From assembly GCA_964016885.1 (NCBI GenBank), contig OZ024757.1:1240001-1304000 (forward strand): a stretch of DNA of 64,000 bases, in the 5' to 3' direction. Shown here in pieces: positions 38,185-53,083 of the stretch. The notes beneath the pieces are model-generated. The model did no database searches. It saw nothing but the letters and a program-made list of their open reading frames with translations, and was not told the origin of the DNA. Source of the DNA: Eledone cirrhosa. Its lineage: Eukaryota. Both the position numbers and the translations under genes were made by a program. Every line of letters starts with the position of its first letter. Within the stretch, counting starts at the first letter, position 1.

Positions 38185-41100
38185 GGTTTCATTTATTGGC
38201 CACAAGGGCCGACATATTTGGGACAATACAATAGACGAGGGCAGTGGGGGGGTTACACAAAAATCGAGTAAAAAAATATGAAATTAATAAGAATAAACAA
38301 GAAAATTACAAACAACATAAGTTCCCCAATAAGGGGGATAACCACCCAGGGTCGACTCAGGTACCCAATGAAATGGTTGATGAGGGATTGGCCGAAGAGA
38401 AAAGTGTCTATCTTCAGTCCTTTCAATCTGGTCCACTATATAACCTCTTTCGCAACTGCCACCAGAGAGGAAAATTGCCTGCTCTTCCTGGCCAAAGGAA
38501 GGCGGCGGGTCGATCTTCACTATGGACTCGGCCGATAGCCGGGTCCGTTCTACACGCGACAACAGCTGTTCGACATAACTCCACAAGTCAGTAATTCACG
38601 GACACTGGATGAGTGCGTGCAGAACGGTTTCGTCGCTCTGCACGCATCTCGGTAAGGTCCGTCTGACAGCACTTCCGTGCCTGTAGAGTTTATCTCGAAC
38701 CGGCAGTGCCCCCCGGTAGCACTGCCAAGCGAGGGATTTTTGGAAGCTATCCATCGCCCCCGGCTCGAAAGTCCTCCGGAACAGACTGGTCAGTTCGACT
38801 TCGTTGACGCCCAAAGCCTCTCCGAGTGCGTCGTCGCACTTGCCCACCACTAATCCTCTATAGAACTCGACAGTGGAAGTTCCACTGACCACATTGCCCG
38901 CCTGGTAGAAGGTAGTGAGTGCCTGGCAACATTCCAGGTGCCAGTCACCCAGTCTCGGTCTTTTCTTGACCCAGGACTGCAGCTCAGTCATAGAGATCAG
39001 CTGCGGAAAGGCTCGTCTGATAAACGGTGACCACACCTGTTCACCGTTTAGGCAGAATATATGAAGATGCCGCAGCCTCAGTGTATGTCTGCGCATCATT
39101 AGCCACTGCATGCCCAGCCCTCCACGTAGAGGGTGCTGGCAGCAGATGGACCGCCTCACCAACAGAATCTGTCCTCTCCACAAGAAGTTGAAGAGGAGCC
39201 GTTCCAACTTGACGAGGCACGACGTACGGGAGCGAGGCACGTCGGTCAGGTGGTAGTAGATGACGAGTGCGATGTACGCATTCGCCACTCCCGCGCGACC
39301 TTTCAGTGACAGCTTCCTCACAGCCCATTTCTGGGTGAGACTGGCTACCCTGTTCGTTACCTCGTTCCAATTCTTATCCCCCTGGAGGTCTGGTCCGAGC
39401 AACTTTACCGGTCCGTCCGTCCAGCGCCCAACGACGCTGTTGGACGGCATGGACTTCTCCAGGTGCCGAGCTGGAAGCCCACCTACTTTTCCAGATTAAA
39501 TTTCGTTCCTGACAACTTTTCATATTCCTCCAATAAGATGCCGACCACCTCGATTTCCGAGGTGCCTGACACCGTCACTGTAATGTCCGCATAAGCAGAC
39601 ACAGCCTTTTCGCGTCTGAAGTTATCGACCTTTCGCAGCGCTCAGCGTCGGCCGTCGTGAGACGCGGCAAGCCGTTGAGGTAGGCACTGAAGTTCGCTAC
39701 CGTCTTTGACCCGCCACTTACCCCGAGCAACCTAGCAAAGTGCAGGCAAAAAGCCTCACATCCGCCTGGAATCGCTCAGCTCGTGTCCGTCTCGGTCCGT
39801 CAAAGAGCGAATTGTGGTTTTATTGCCACGCTGCGCCTCTCCCACGCGGGCCCATCGAACAGCTTTGGTTCCCTCGTTTCTCAGAACACGCGCCTTAGCT
39901 CTGACAATGTAACCTTCGTGTTTCGCATTGAAGAAATGGTCTAATGCCATTCTCGCCGCTAGCACGTCCGTTGCAATGCCACTACCAATAGCCTCGTCTA
40001 ACTTATCTACCAGCTCCCCCTCCTTTCTATTTTACTCTAACGCTACTTCTTTGCTAAACCCTATCGAAGTTACTCTAATCTCTCTTTTGAGAGCCCCCCA
40101 CCATCTGTTATTGGCGACCCCCCCCCCCCCCCGTCAACTTTTGCTTAACTAAATTATAAGCCTTACGTGCCGGAAATGATATGTTCAGCTTCCAGTAACC
40201 ATGTCCTAACCTACGCATCTTATCTAGGTCGACTATACAGATCACAAACTTGTAATCTGAATAGGCGACCGTTTTAAAACGTGGACATCCTACACTATTT
40301 CTATTTTACGATCTAGATGACCCTATGCGGTTGGTCCAGGTCCACACTGGCGCATTAGGGAAATCTAGTCGGTACCTGTCAGACAGTTGGTACTGGCTGA
40401 TCAGGTATTTGAGGCTTTTGCACCCCCCACTCCTATAAGCTACTCCCACACAATCCCAGCCTGCGTCTAAGATGCTACTCCAGTTCCCCGCTAACATTAA
40501 AGGGTGAGACATACCAAGAAAGGCTTCCAGGCGCCTAAAGAAGTCTGGCTGCCTGGCCCCGGTAGACGGCCAGCAGTCTAAAGGCACCACCTTCGCTATT
40601 GTTCACGTCCAGGACCTCCAACTTACCGTCTTACCACCCCACCTCCCATTTCCGGTCAACTAACAGATGCGAAGATCTGATAGTCGTCGAAAATGGGGGC
40701 TAGCGCGCGCATGTCGGAAGCCCTCGTCTCGCTGACGGCAATTACATCCATCTCTAGAGAGCTGAGGTCGTTGAGCAGGTGACCTTGCTTCCAGGATGAC
40801 CCCAGGCCACGAACATTTAAACATCCTACTCTTAATATGGCCATGTTGGCAGGCTAAAGGAGAGAGGAAAGGTTCACTTACCTCCCGGAGTCTTGTGGAG
40901 GTCGGGTAGTTTGACCTCTATGGTTGGTGAGGTTTCCATTGGGAACCCCTTTGGAAGCCTACTCGTGGCACCCTCACCAATCGCAGTGTTTGGGGCATTT
41001 TGAGGCTGCAGGTGCCAAAAATCTCAACCTCGTTCTTAATGTCTTTACTTTGTCTCAATGCCATTAGTTGTTTGTTGGCCCTCCTTAGTAACACGAAGTT

Positions 41101-42112
41101 TGGTGTGTCTGTTGCCTTTGGTGTCTGAGTGAGTTTTCTTTTGTTTGGAATGACTTGCACTTGTGCCAGTGTTGTTGGCGATTGTGGAGTTGGTGTTGCT
41201 GTCGGTGTGTTTTGTGTGCTTGTTGGTGTGTGTGGAGCTGGATTTTTCTTTTTTCTTTTTGTGCTTTTTTAATTTTTTGGGGTTCCCCCTCACTTGGAGA
41301 AGTGGAGGAACTCGTGTCTGGGGGTTCTGTGTCAGTGGGTGTGTGTTTACGGGTGTGTGCGTTTTGCTCTGTGTGTGATTGAAAGAGCAGGGGAGAGCTT
41401 GTTTGAGCGACAACCTGGGTGAATCTAATTGTCCTTGTTAATGGTGTTGTTTCATTTTCTGTTCCCTCCTCCCGACACCGGTGTTGGCAGCAACGGAGGT
41501 TTGCGACCCCCTGAAGTTTTCAGTTGGGGGCAAAAAGCTCTCAGGTTTGTGGCTTCACCACACATGAAACAATGCGGCCATTTGCTCTCCGTGACTACCT
41601 GGATTTCGTACCCGTCCGGTAGTTTGATATGGTCAGGTATGTTCTTTATATCTTCATTTGGAGAAGAATCTCCAAACCAGTCCGGGACCACCTCTCTTTC
41701 TCTCTCTCTCTCCCTCTCTCTCACCCTCCTCTCTCCCTCTCCCTCTCCCCCTCTCTATCTCTCTCCCTCTCTCTCAATCTCTTTCTCTCTTTGTGAATTT
41801 AACGTCAAGGGGGATGTCAGGACCCTCTACCACCACCCATCCCAGGAACCACCATAAATCCAGTCCTGGCGGAATCCTGGGAACACGGACCCTTACTGTT
41901 CTCCTCCCCATGTAGGACGGGTACATAATTATTTGGTCCGTTTTGCAGGGGACCTCAGAATGCTTTATAGCAAGGGCCTCAGTTTTGAAAAGCACCAATA
42001 TGCTCCCAAACTGCCTGGCCCTTATTATATGGTCTATGTTATTATTATCAATGTATTTCAGCTCTGCCCCTACCTGCCCCTCAGAGACATTCTCCGTTCT
42101 TCGAGATTTGAG
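38185..42112 (-). mobile_element. Tx1-like (L1 clade) LINE, degraded, RT core largely deleted
   Basis: ORF1 remnant with CFMCGEATNLRAFCP knuckle; MAILRVGCLNVRGL APE start; LSLKGRA, GGLGM and ETVLHALIQCP C-terminal motifs. Confidence 0.88.
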
Positions 42113-42430
42113 CGAAATAATAATAATATTAATAATAATTGTTTCTACTTTTGGCACAAGGCCAGCAATTACCCAGTTCATTACTGGTACTTTATTTTAT
42201 CGACCCCGTAATAATAATAATAATAATTGTTTCTACTTTAGGCACAAGGCCAGCAATTACCCAGTACATTACTGGTACTTTATTTTATCGACCCCGTAAG
42301 GATGAAAGGCAAAGTTAACCTCGATGGGATTTGAACTCAGATCGTAAAGGGACGTAACTATGCTAGAAAGCATGGCGCCCAACCCTCTACCGATACTGCC
42401 AATTCACCGCCCTATAATAATAATAATAAT

Positions 42431-45400
42431 GCTTTCTTTATTAACCACAAGGGTTTACACAAAGTAAGACATTAAGGACAGTACAGGACAATACAGGACG
42501 GTACAAATGGGCATTTCTGCGTGTAGAAACAAAAACAGAGGATGTAACAAAAAAATTCCCCAATGGGGGGGGGGGGGGAGACTTCCAAGGGACATTCGCG
42601 GAGAAAGCCCACTAAAAAAGCCATGGTGACCCTGACCACCAGGGCAAGTGCCCTCTCCCAGTTTTCCACCTTCAATTTACAGGCACATACTCATATTCAC
42701 TCGGGCCATTCTTGCCTCTCTCACCTATCTTTCAACAAAATGCTGGAAAGAGAGCACTTCCCTCTCTACCCTGATTTTCCTTTTCAAATGAAATTTGAAA
42801 AAGTTAATCAGGGCATCACCGATGAGGTAAGTGCTCGTCTTCAGCCTTTTCAAACGAGTCCACCATACTATCTCTTTCGCCATGGCCACCAGGCAGATAC
42901 AAACTGCCTGCGCTTCCCGGCTAAAGACGGCGGGGCAATCCTCACCATGGACTCAGCTGATAGCCGGGTCCGTCCTACATACGACAGCAGGTGTTCGACA
43001 TAAACCCACAAGTCAGCAATGCTCGGACACTGGACAGTGCGTGCAGGACGGTTTCGTCGCCCTACGCGCATCTCGGACATGCCCTGCTGACGGCACTTCC
43101 ATGCCTGTAGAGTTTATCCCGAACTCGCAGAGCTCCTCGGTAGCACTGCCAGGCCAGGGATTTCTTGAAGTTGTCCATAGGCCAGGCCCGGAAGTTCTTC
43201 CGAAGAGATTGGCTAGTTGATTTTCGTCGACGCCTAGAGTTTCTCCCAGTACGTTGTCGCTCTTCCCCTCCACTAATCCTCTATAGAAAGCCAAGGTGGA
43301 GTTTCCACCGTTCACATTGCCCGACTGGTCGAGGGCTGTGAGCGCCTGAAGACATTCCAGTCTCCAAGCGCTCCTTCTCGGTCTTCGCTTGACCCAGGAC
43401 TGCAGCTCCGTCAAGGAGACAAGCTGAGGAAAGACGCGTCTAACAAACGACGACCACACCTGATCACCGTCGAGGAAAAGGTGGAGATGTCGTAGCCTGA
43501 GCGCGTGTCTGCGCATCATCAGCCACGGCATGCCCAGCCCTCCACGTAGCGGCTTTTGACAGCAGATGGACCGCCTGACCATTGGAGCGCGTCCCTTCCA
43601 CAAAAATCGAAAGAGCAAACGCTCCAGCGCAGTCAGGCGAGGCTTAGGACAAGGCAGGACGGCCAGGCGGTAGTAGATGACGGACGCGATGTACGCATTC
43701 GCCACCTCCGCTCGACCTTTCAGGGATAGCTTTCTCTCTGCCCATTTCTGGGTGAGAGAAGCCACCCTGCTCGTCACCACGTCCCAGTTTTTGTCTGTCT
43801 GGAGGTCCCGACCGAACCAGACCCCTAGCAATTTAACCGGTCCGTCCGTCCAGCGCCCGACGACGCTGTTGGACGGCTTGGACCTGCCTCTCCAGGTGCT
43901 GAGCTGCAGCCCCACCGACTTTTCCTGGTTGATCATTGCTCTTGTCACCGCCTCGTATTATCTTAGTGTAGTGCAGATCGCCTCGATGTGTTTGGCGTTC
44001 GACATCACTACGGTGATATCGTCCGCATATGCTGACACGGATCTTCCGCATCCTAGTTCGCGCGGGACCCCCTCAACGTCTCCAGTTTGTGCAGTAATGG
44101 CTCGAGAGTAAATACGTACAACATTGACGAGAGGGGACATCCTTGGCGGACCGATCGCATGATGTTGAACGGTTCCGAAAGGTGACCTTCACTCTCACCA
44201 CAGAGCAAATGTCGCTGTGCATGGCAGCGATCCAACCTCTGAAGACAGGCCCAAAGTCAGCCACCCTCAGGACTGCCGCCAGATAACGATGGTCGACCCT
44301 ATCGAAAGCTTTCGGCTGATCTAAATTGATCAAAGACCCACCTGTGCCAGGTTCCCTAGCTACCTTCTCCACGATGTATTGCATGAGGTGGAGGTTGTCG
44401 TGGATGGATCTGTCTGGAATAGCGCATGTCTGCGCCTTTCGCACAAGACTACCAACCTCTTTGCTAGCACCAACCTCTTTGCTAACACCTTGGCCAAAAT
44501 CTTGAACTCTGTGTTTAGCAGAGTCATGGGCCTGAAATTATCTATGTTATCCCCCTTGTTCGGATCCTTTCTCAGCAGCGCCACCGCTCCTCGGCTCACA
44601 GAGTTGGGAATTCTCCCGTTCTGTTGCCAGTTGCAGTAGACGTCCGCCAAGAGGCCTCCGAACAAGTCTGGCATGTGTACGTAAAGTTCATAGGGCAGAC
44701 CATCCAAACCAGGCGATTTACCCCTTGTGCAGCCAGTCATTGCCTCCCGTATTTCAGCAGCTGTTATCGGCTTTTCGCAACATTCCGCCACATTCCGCCG
44801 CAGTGGCCGAGAGCCGCGGAAGTCCGTCGAGGTAGGCACTAAAGTCCATCCCGCGATTCGGCCCGCCGCTGCCTCCGAACAGCTGAGCGAGGTGTCGCTG
44901 AAAAGCTTAACACATTTTCCCGGGATCGAATAGCATGCGCCCGTGTGGTCCACCAAAGACCGGATCGTGGCTTTGTTGCCACGAGGCACCTCCGCCACTC
45001 GGGCCCATTGAACGGCTTTCGTCTGAGAGCACGCACCCTAGCTCTGACAACTCAGCCTTCGTGCTTTGCATTGAAGAATTGGTCAAGGGCCAATTTCGCT
45101 GCAAGTACGTCGGTCGCGATGCCTTTGCTAAGCGCCTCGTCTAATTTTCTAAATAGTTCTCCCTCTGCTCTATTTTTCTCTATTGCTAAAGCCTTACTAA
45201 ACCTAATGGACGCTATTCTAATCGCCCTTTTCAGTGCAAACCACCATTTGTTGTTGACGAAGGCCCCCGTCAACGCCCGCTTAACTAGCTCGTTAATCCG
45301 GTCTCTGTAGGCCTTGAGCGCTGTTAAAGACGCGTTTAGCTTCCAGTAGCTGGATCCCTGTCTATGAGGCCTATCAGATCACGAATTTGTGGTACGTATA

Positions 45401-48243
45401 GTCGACTATCTTGAATTGTGGACAGCCTATGCTAGACCTATCTATTTCCCTACAAAATACCCTATCTAGATATGATCTGGATGACCCGATATGGTTTGTC
45501 CATGTCCACATTGGCACATTTGGGAAATCCAGACGGTACCTATCAGGCAGTTGAAACCGTCTGAGCAGGTTTGCGAGGCTTTTACACCCTCCTCCCCTAT
45601 TCGCTAATCCCACACAGTCCCAGCGTTCATCTAAGATCCCGTTCCAGTCGCCCACTAACACTAAAGAGCGGGACGTTCCAAGAAAGGTCTCTAGACGCCG
45701 GAAGAAATCAGGCCGCCCTGCTCCTGTGGGGGCATAGACGGCCACTAGCCTGAAAGCTTGCCCGTCTCCGCTGGTCACGTCCAGCACCATCAACTTACCT
45801 TCTAGAAGATGGCCCGTATGGCGAGGTCGAAGCCTCTCCGAAAAAGCACAGCAACTTCTCCCCCGATCCTGGACGGTTGGGAGATGCGTATACATCGTAG
45901 CCGCCGAAGATTGGTGCGAAGGCTAGTGCTTCGGAGATTCTGGTCTCGCTGATGGCCACCACATCTATGAGGTCGTTGAGCAGGTGGCCCTGCTTCCATG
46001 ACGACCCCAGGCCACGCGCATTTATGCTGCCTATTCTGAGTGAGGTCATGTTGAAAAGGAGTGGAAAAAGATGGGAAAGACCACTTACCTCACTTCTCGT
46101 GAAGGAAGGATGGTTTTTCCGTCCTTCTTACTGCTTGTGGCCTCCTCCGGAAGGATATCTTTATAAATCCTCCTGGAGAGTGTTTGTCGGAAGTCTCCGA
46201 TGTCCTTGGGGAATTTTAATTCTAGTGTCGTGTACGTTTTCTGTGTGATGCGAGTGATTTGTATGTGGAGGTAGTGTGAATTTTGGGGGTATTGTGTAAT
46301 CTTCTTCTGTGATGCTGGTGTTGTGTTGGATGTAGAGTAATAATTGGTTGTTGTTCAAATTTAATGCTATGTAGTTGTGTATCGTTTTGGTTGCTTTTTG
46401 TTTGCGTTTGTTGTGGGTTTGTTTCTGTTTCGCTTGTTGGTGATGGTGGTGTTTGGGTTAATGATGGTGATGGTGTTGGTGTTTGTGGTGATGGGGCTGG
46501 TGATGTTGGTGTGGGTGGTGACATAGCTGTCTTAACTTTTTTGTTTGTTTGTTTGCTTCACCCTGCATTTTGTTTTTGGAGGGGGAAGGAAGAGGATTTT
46601 TTATTTTTGGGGTTCTTCTTTTTTCTTTTTTCCTGATACCAGTTCCCACTCCTCCTCATCGTCACAATCTGTCTCCAGTTGCGATAGGTCGGGGAGTGGA
46701 AAATCCTCTACAGGCGTTGGTTTTGGTTGTGGCGTGGTGGATGGTGGAGGCGCTGGTGCTAGTTCTGGCGTGGTGGGTGGTGGTGGTGTTGGTTTTGCTA
46801 CTGTTGCTGGGGTTGTTGCTGCTACAGTTGCTTCTGTTGTTGCCATTTCTGCTGCTGGTTTTGATGGTTGACTCAGTGGGGTGGGTAGGAGAGGTGGCCT
46901 CAACTTTTTAGCCTGAGGGCAGAAAGCCTTTAGGTGGGTTCATTCGCCACAAACGACACACCTAGGCCTTCTACCCTCAACGATTACGGTGAAGTGACTG
47001 CCGTCATTGAGGTCTATCACCTCTGGAATTTCCTTAATGTTTTTTTGGTCCGCTTGGATCAGAAGCTCCAGCCCAGATCCGGACCAGTTCTCCTTCTTTT
47101 CTTTTGTTACCTCAATTATTTTAGTGTTGGCCTCGATGTCGGCGAGGACGGCAGCCATTAGCTAGGGAATTTCGATGGCCGGCGGAACGTGGGTCACCCT
47201 GATCTTCACGAGTCTCTGACCACAATAGCTTGGGACGAGTGTGAATTCGTCACTTCTTAATGGGCCCATGGAGTGCTCTCTGGCTTCCTGTGAGGTTCCA
47301 AAGAACACGTCCACGGTTCCATATTTCTGCCCACGTCTGATGTGGGTTTTTTCGCCCACACATGTCCCAAAGCTTTTTGTATCTGGGACTCGGATGCCCG
47401 TTCCACTCGGCGTGATTTTGTGATTATCGTCCGATATGACACGGTGCATAGGCGCCGATGCTCCATTTTATTAGATGGGGGGGGGGGGGCTGACCCTGTA
47501 CCCATCTTTTTTTACCATTCGCTTGGCTTCATTCAATTCATCCTGGCTTATCTCGGTTGTTTCGCTTTTCTTGGCTGCTTTGGCAAATGACACATTTTGT
47601 TTTGCGCTGGTGTTGATGTTGTTGTTGTTATTCTCATTGTTGTTGTGGTTGCTGTTGTTGTTATTGTTATTTTTAGTTTCAGTTGTGGTGGAGGTGTCTG
47701 TGGTATTCGGCGTGGAAGTTGATTCTGGGCGAATCCATTTCGATGTCACGAGATAATAATTTATTTTTTGTTTCTGTTGTCGCTGTGGTGGTGGCGGTGG
47801 TATCAGTGGTGTTGGTTGTTCTTTTTTAAATGGTGGTGGTGGGGGAGGGGCTCTTTAACACCTGCAGTTATTGGTAATGGCGGGAAATCCATGTCTTTAT
47901 GCGGCAAATCTAAATAATTGAGACTGCTATTAATTATATTTTCAGTGTTGGCGCCCGTGACAAGGCTTACAATGGTGGTGGGGGGGGGGGGGGATGTTGG
48001 TCTGTTAAAAACAGGAGATTTGTCGTCTATGTTTTTTTCAAAGAAATATTTTGTTTGATAAATAAAAAGTTTAAATATTCGGCTCAAGGCCCCAATATTA
48101 TTGAGTGTCCTTTTCAGAAAGCAATATATCTGAACTTATAAACACTTATCAACAAAAATTCTTCATAACTGGCAATTTGAAACAACTGAAAACAACAAAC
48201 CTTTGTGGAGCTCACGATAATACGATTTCCTACGTAGGTCGCC
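42431..48243 (-). mobile_element. Tx1-like LINE, near full length (ORF1 about 47750-46100, ORF2 about 46049-42650), many frameshifts
   Basis: RRPRCVVCGE knuckle; MTSLRIGSINARGL, VLVGDWN, SYLDRVF, GKSPGLDGLPYE, NFRPMTLLNTEFKILAK, DQPKAFDRVDH, VRQGCPLS, AYADD. Confidence 0.92.
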
Positions 48244-48269
48244 AATAACAAGAACAACAACAATAATAA

Positions 48270-48715
48270 TAAGGGCGATTTGTTAGGTCTTCATTACTTT
48301 TATTGAGTAGTGACGCGCGTTTCGATATTGATCAGCTCAAGGTTCGATCTGTATCGATCTGGCCAGACTCTAGAATCAAAAGCTCGTTGGACTTCTGTTG
48401 TGGTAATGACACAATGAACCTCTTAGGGCTTTGAAACTGTATATAACGATTCACATTCATTATGGGGGTCAGTTTTAGTTGGTTTTGACTGGTTTTGTTA
48501 GAAGGAACGTTTGGGTATGTGTGATAGGTGGGGGGGGGGGTTATAATGAAGGGGTGGTGAGAGAGAGATGGTGGAGGAGTTGTGGGGGTGTGGTGTTTTG
48601 TTTGTTTCATAGACATTATGACATTTATGTGGTGAAGTGAGGTTGTAGAGGTGGTTAAGGGTGATAGGCGGTGGAAGATTAAAGGGTGCAGTGCTGGACC
48701 AAAGTTCCTCCCTGC
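48270..48715 (-). mobile_element. Probable PLE 3' end/pLTR; relative at 37197-37345 (+)
   Basis: Shared TTTTGATTCTAGAGTC...CTGATCAATA.CGAAACGCGCGTCAC. Confidence 0.6.
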
Positions 48716-49052
48716 CACAGACGGAAGCCCCCATTCTCAGCACGATTTTAGAAGACTCCTCCTCGCCACAGACGGAAGCCCCCATTCTCAACACAACTTT
48801 AGAAGACTCCTCTTCGCCACAGACGGAAGCCCCCATTCTCAGCACGATTTTAGAAGACTCCTCGCCACAGACGGAAGCCCCCATTCTCAGCACAACTTTA
48901 GAAGACTCCTCTTTTCGCCAGAGACGGAAGCCCCCATTCTCAGCACGACTTTAGAAGACTCCTCTTCGCCAGAGACGGAAGCCCCCATTCTCAGCACGAC
49001 TTTAGAAGACTCCTCTTCGCCAGAGACGGAAGCCCCCATTCTCAGCACGACT
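48713..49052. repeat. 51-bp minisatellite, about 6.5 units
   Basis: GACGGAAGCCCCCATTCTCAGCACGACTTTAGAAGACTCC recurring at 48720, 48771, 48822... Confidence 0.93.
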
Positions 49053-49146
49053 CTATGTCAAGCTCATTTGCAGTAGAACTACTCTAGCGTGTTAACTACA
49101 TCAGCAGCAGCAACACAACCACTACCACCACCATCATAATAACAAT

Positions 49147-49187
<41 letters not shown>

Positions 49188-49727
49188 TCGGTAGAGCGTT
49201 AGACGCCATGCTTTGCAGCACATAGTTACGTTCCTTTATGATCTGAGTTCAAATCCCGCCGAGGTTAACTTTGCCTTTCATCCTCACGGGGTCGATAAAA
49301 TAAAGTACCAGTAATACACTAGGGTAATTGCTGGCCTTGTGCCAAAAGTAGAAACAATTATTTTCCTTATTTAAATTAATAAGTGTAGCCTGTCTAATAA
49401 TAATAATTGTTTCTACTTTTTGGCCCAAGGCTAACAATTACCAGTGCATTACTGGTACTTTATTTTATCGACCCTGTAAGGATGAAAGGCAAAGTTAACC
49501 TCGGCGGGATTTGAACTCAGAATGGCAAGGGCCGTAACTCTATGCGTCAAAGCATGCCGTCCGACCCTCTACCGATACTGCCTATCCAACAATAATAATG
49601 ATGGTTCTGAATCTCCCTGAGAGCTATGTTAAGGGTACTCGTGGTTGTGGAATACTCAGCCACTTGCAGGTTAATTGTATGATTAACTGCTCCGTCGGTC
49701 ACACAACTGGAATAGTCATTATTGTAG

Positions 49728-50341
49728 GGCTGGCCTAGGCTGTTAAATACCCAGGTACATATTGTAGAACTAACCTAGGGTGCTAAATACCCAGGTACAC
49801 ACTGTAGAGCTAGCCTAGGGTGTTAAATACTCAGGTACATATGATAGAGCTAGCTTAGGGTGTTAAATACCCAGGTACATATTGTAGAGCTAGCTTAGGG
49901 TGTTAAATACCCAGGTACATATTGTAGAGCTAGCATAGGGTGTTAGATACCCAGGTACATATTGTAGAGCTAGCCTAGGGTGTTAGATACCCAGGTACAT
50001 ATTGTAGAACTAGCCTAGGGTGTTAAATACCCAGGTACATACTGTAGAGCTAGCATAGGGTGTTAAATACCCAGGTACATATTGTAGAGCTAGCTTAGGG
50101 TGTTAAATACCCAGGTACATATTGTAGAGCTAGCCTAGGGTGTTAAATACTCAGGTACATATTATAGAGCTAGCCTAGGGTGTTAGATACCCAGGTACAT
50201 ATTGTAGAGCTAGCCTAGGGTGTTAGATACCCAGGTACATATTGTAGAACTAGCCTAGGGTGTTAAATACCCAGGTACACACTGTAGAGCTAGCATAGGG
50301 TGTTAAATACCCAGGTACATATTGTAGAGCTAGCTTAGGGT
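49728..50341. repeat. 40-bp minisatellite (TAGCCTAGGGTGTTAAATACCCAGGTACATATTGTAGAGC), about 15 units
   Basis: Direct periodicity. Confidence 0.95.
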
Positions 50342-51185
50342 CCTGTCAGAAACCACCATATCAACTGATCCGGCTAGATCCCCAAGCAAGACCAACCAAG
50401 CTCATGGAGATTATCTAACCATCTTGCTTGGGGTCTACCCCTGAGTATCCTGCACGTTGGTTTTGTCCGTAGAATATGTCCAGTGATTCTTTCCTGAGAC
50501 ATTCTAACCACATGTCCATAGTATCGGAGCTGTGATCTCTCAATTCTGAGAAGTAGCAGCTCTACCTGGAGTGACTCTCTGATCTCTGAGCTACAAATGT
50601 ACAGTGATTCTTTCCTGAGACATTCTAACCACATGTCCATAGTATCGGACCTGTGATCTCTCAATTCTGAGAAGTAGTAGCTCTACCTGGAGTGACTCTC
50701 TGATCTCTGAGCTACAAATGTACAGTGATTCTTTCCTGAGACATTCTAACCACATGTCCATAGTATCGGACCTGTGATCTCTCAATTTGGAGATCCTTTC
50801 CTGAGACATTCTAACCACATGTCCATAGTATCGGACCTGTGATCTCTCAATTCTGAGAAGTAGTAGCTCTACCTGGAGTGACTCTCTGATCTCTGAGCTA
50901 CAAATGTACAGTGATTCTTTCCTGAGACATTCTAACCACATGTCCATAGTATCACAGCTGTGATCTCTCAATTTGGAGATCCTTTCCTGAGACATTCTAA
51001 CCACATGTCCATAGTATCGGAGCTGTGACCTCTCAATTCTGAGAAGTAGTAGCTCTACCTGGAGTGACTCTCTCATCTCATGAGACATGCTAACCACATA
51101 TCCATATCACTGCTGTGATCTCTCAATTCGGAGAAGTAGCAGCTCTACCGAGGAGGGTGACTCTCTGATCTCCAAGCTACAGACT
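50342..51185 (-). pseudogene. RTE-like LINE C-terminal fragment, tandemly reiterated (about 119-bp and 62-bp units)
   Basis: Repeated IRESLQVELLLLRIERSQLRYYGHVVRMSQER, ending RGRPQARWLD. Confidence 0.85.
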
Positions 51186-51758
51186 TTATTGAGTAACTTT
51201 ACTCCAAACACTCTTGGAAGAACCCCATTTCGGCCGCTTGTATTCGGGATTGTATTCTTTTGGTCATCACCCCTGGGTCTATTGTCGGTTAATTTTGCCC
51301 GTAAAATCTATCAAGTGATTCTTTTCTTAGACGTTCTAACTACATGCATCTGAACAGCCGGTGAAAAGAATTACTAAGCCTGCAATGTCCGCTATACAGA
51401 CCACCCTCACCGACGCCACTACAGTGTTATATTTGATAACCAGTAATAATCAGGTTACTCAGTCGCACATCTTAACCTGTTAAGCTGGGTAAATGTTAAG
51501 ATACCTAAATATAGCAAGACTTCAGTTACTAGTACCTATTTACTTCAGGTCGTGTAGGCTGGGGGAGGGGGGAGTATATAGGTGTGTGTGTGTGTGTGAG
51601 TGTATATATGTGTGTGTGTGTGTATATATATATGTGTGTCTGTGTGTGTGTGTGTATATATATATGTGTGTGTGTATGTGTATATATATATGTGTGTGTG
51701 TGTGTGTATATATATATGTGTGTGTGTATATATATGTGTGTGTGTGTATATATATATA

Positions 51759-51789
<31 letters not shown>

Positions 51790-51938
51790 GTGTGTCTGTG
51801 TGTGTGTATATATATATGTGTGTGTGTGTATATATATATGTGTGTGTGTGTATATATATATATATGTGTGTGTGTGTATATCTATATATGTGTGTGTATA
51901 TATATATATATGTGTGTGAGTGTATATATGTGTGTGTG

Positions 51939-51970
<32 letters not shown>

Positions 51971-51998
51971 TATATATGTTTGTGTGTGTGTATATATA

Positions 51999-52031
<33 letters not shown>

Positions 52032-52098
52032 GTGTGTGTATGTATATATATATATGTATGGGTGTGTGTGTGTGGATCTCTCTCTCTATATATATATA

Positions 52099-52163
<65 letters not shown>

Positions 52164-52237
52164 ATATATATATTTGTGTGTGTGTTTGTTCATATGTGAG
52201 TGTGTATATATATATATATACATGTATATGTATATAG

Positions 52238-52495
52238 TGGAAAGGGTGTTAGACTTACAATCATAATATTGTGGGTTCTATTCCTGGGTTGCGTGTTGTG
52301 TTCTTGAGCAAGACACTTCATTTCACGTTACTCCAGTATACTCAGCTGACAATGAGTACCAGCAATAGCTGGGGGTTTAACCCTGCGATGGACTGGTGTC
52401 CTGTCCAGGGGGATTCTTGTACTCTCAGTCGCTTCACACCATGAAACTGGGATAAGCACCGGCCAAATGAGCCTTCTGGCTTAAGACAGACTTTA
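52238..52495 (+). mobile_element. CORE-like tRNA SINE (same family as 11382-11650)
   Basis: GGTTCTATTCC B-box-like, TTCTTGAGCAAGACACTTCATTTCACGTTACTCCAG, CCTGCGATGGACTGG. Confidence 0.85.
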
Positions 52496-52857
52496 GACTT
52501 TACATATATATAAATGTAAGTATGTATGTATACGTACATACATATAAGTATACAGACGTACAGTAGTATGTATATATATATGTATACATATATGTATGTA
52601 CGTATACATACATACTTACTTACAGTAGTATGTATATATATGTATACATATATGTATGTACGTATACATACATACTTACTTACAGTAGTATGTATATATA
52701 TGTATACATATATGTATGTACGTATACATACATACTTACTTACAGTAGTATGTATATATATGTATACATATATGTATGTACGTATACATACATACATACT
52801 TACATTTAAGTAACTGCCGTACTAAAAGTGAGAAATGAAATTTCGTTTCATTCTATT

Positions 52858-52906
<49 letters not shown>

Positions 52907-53028
52907 TATGTACACGTACATACATATATGTATACAGACATACAGTAGTATGTATATATATATACATACATGCACACATATATATATGTACGTATGGATT
53001 CACCAAACATTTATTATAATGCTCGGTG

Positions 53029-53083
<55 letters not shown>

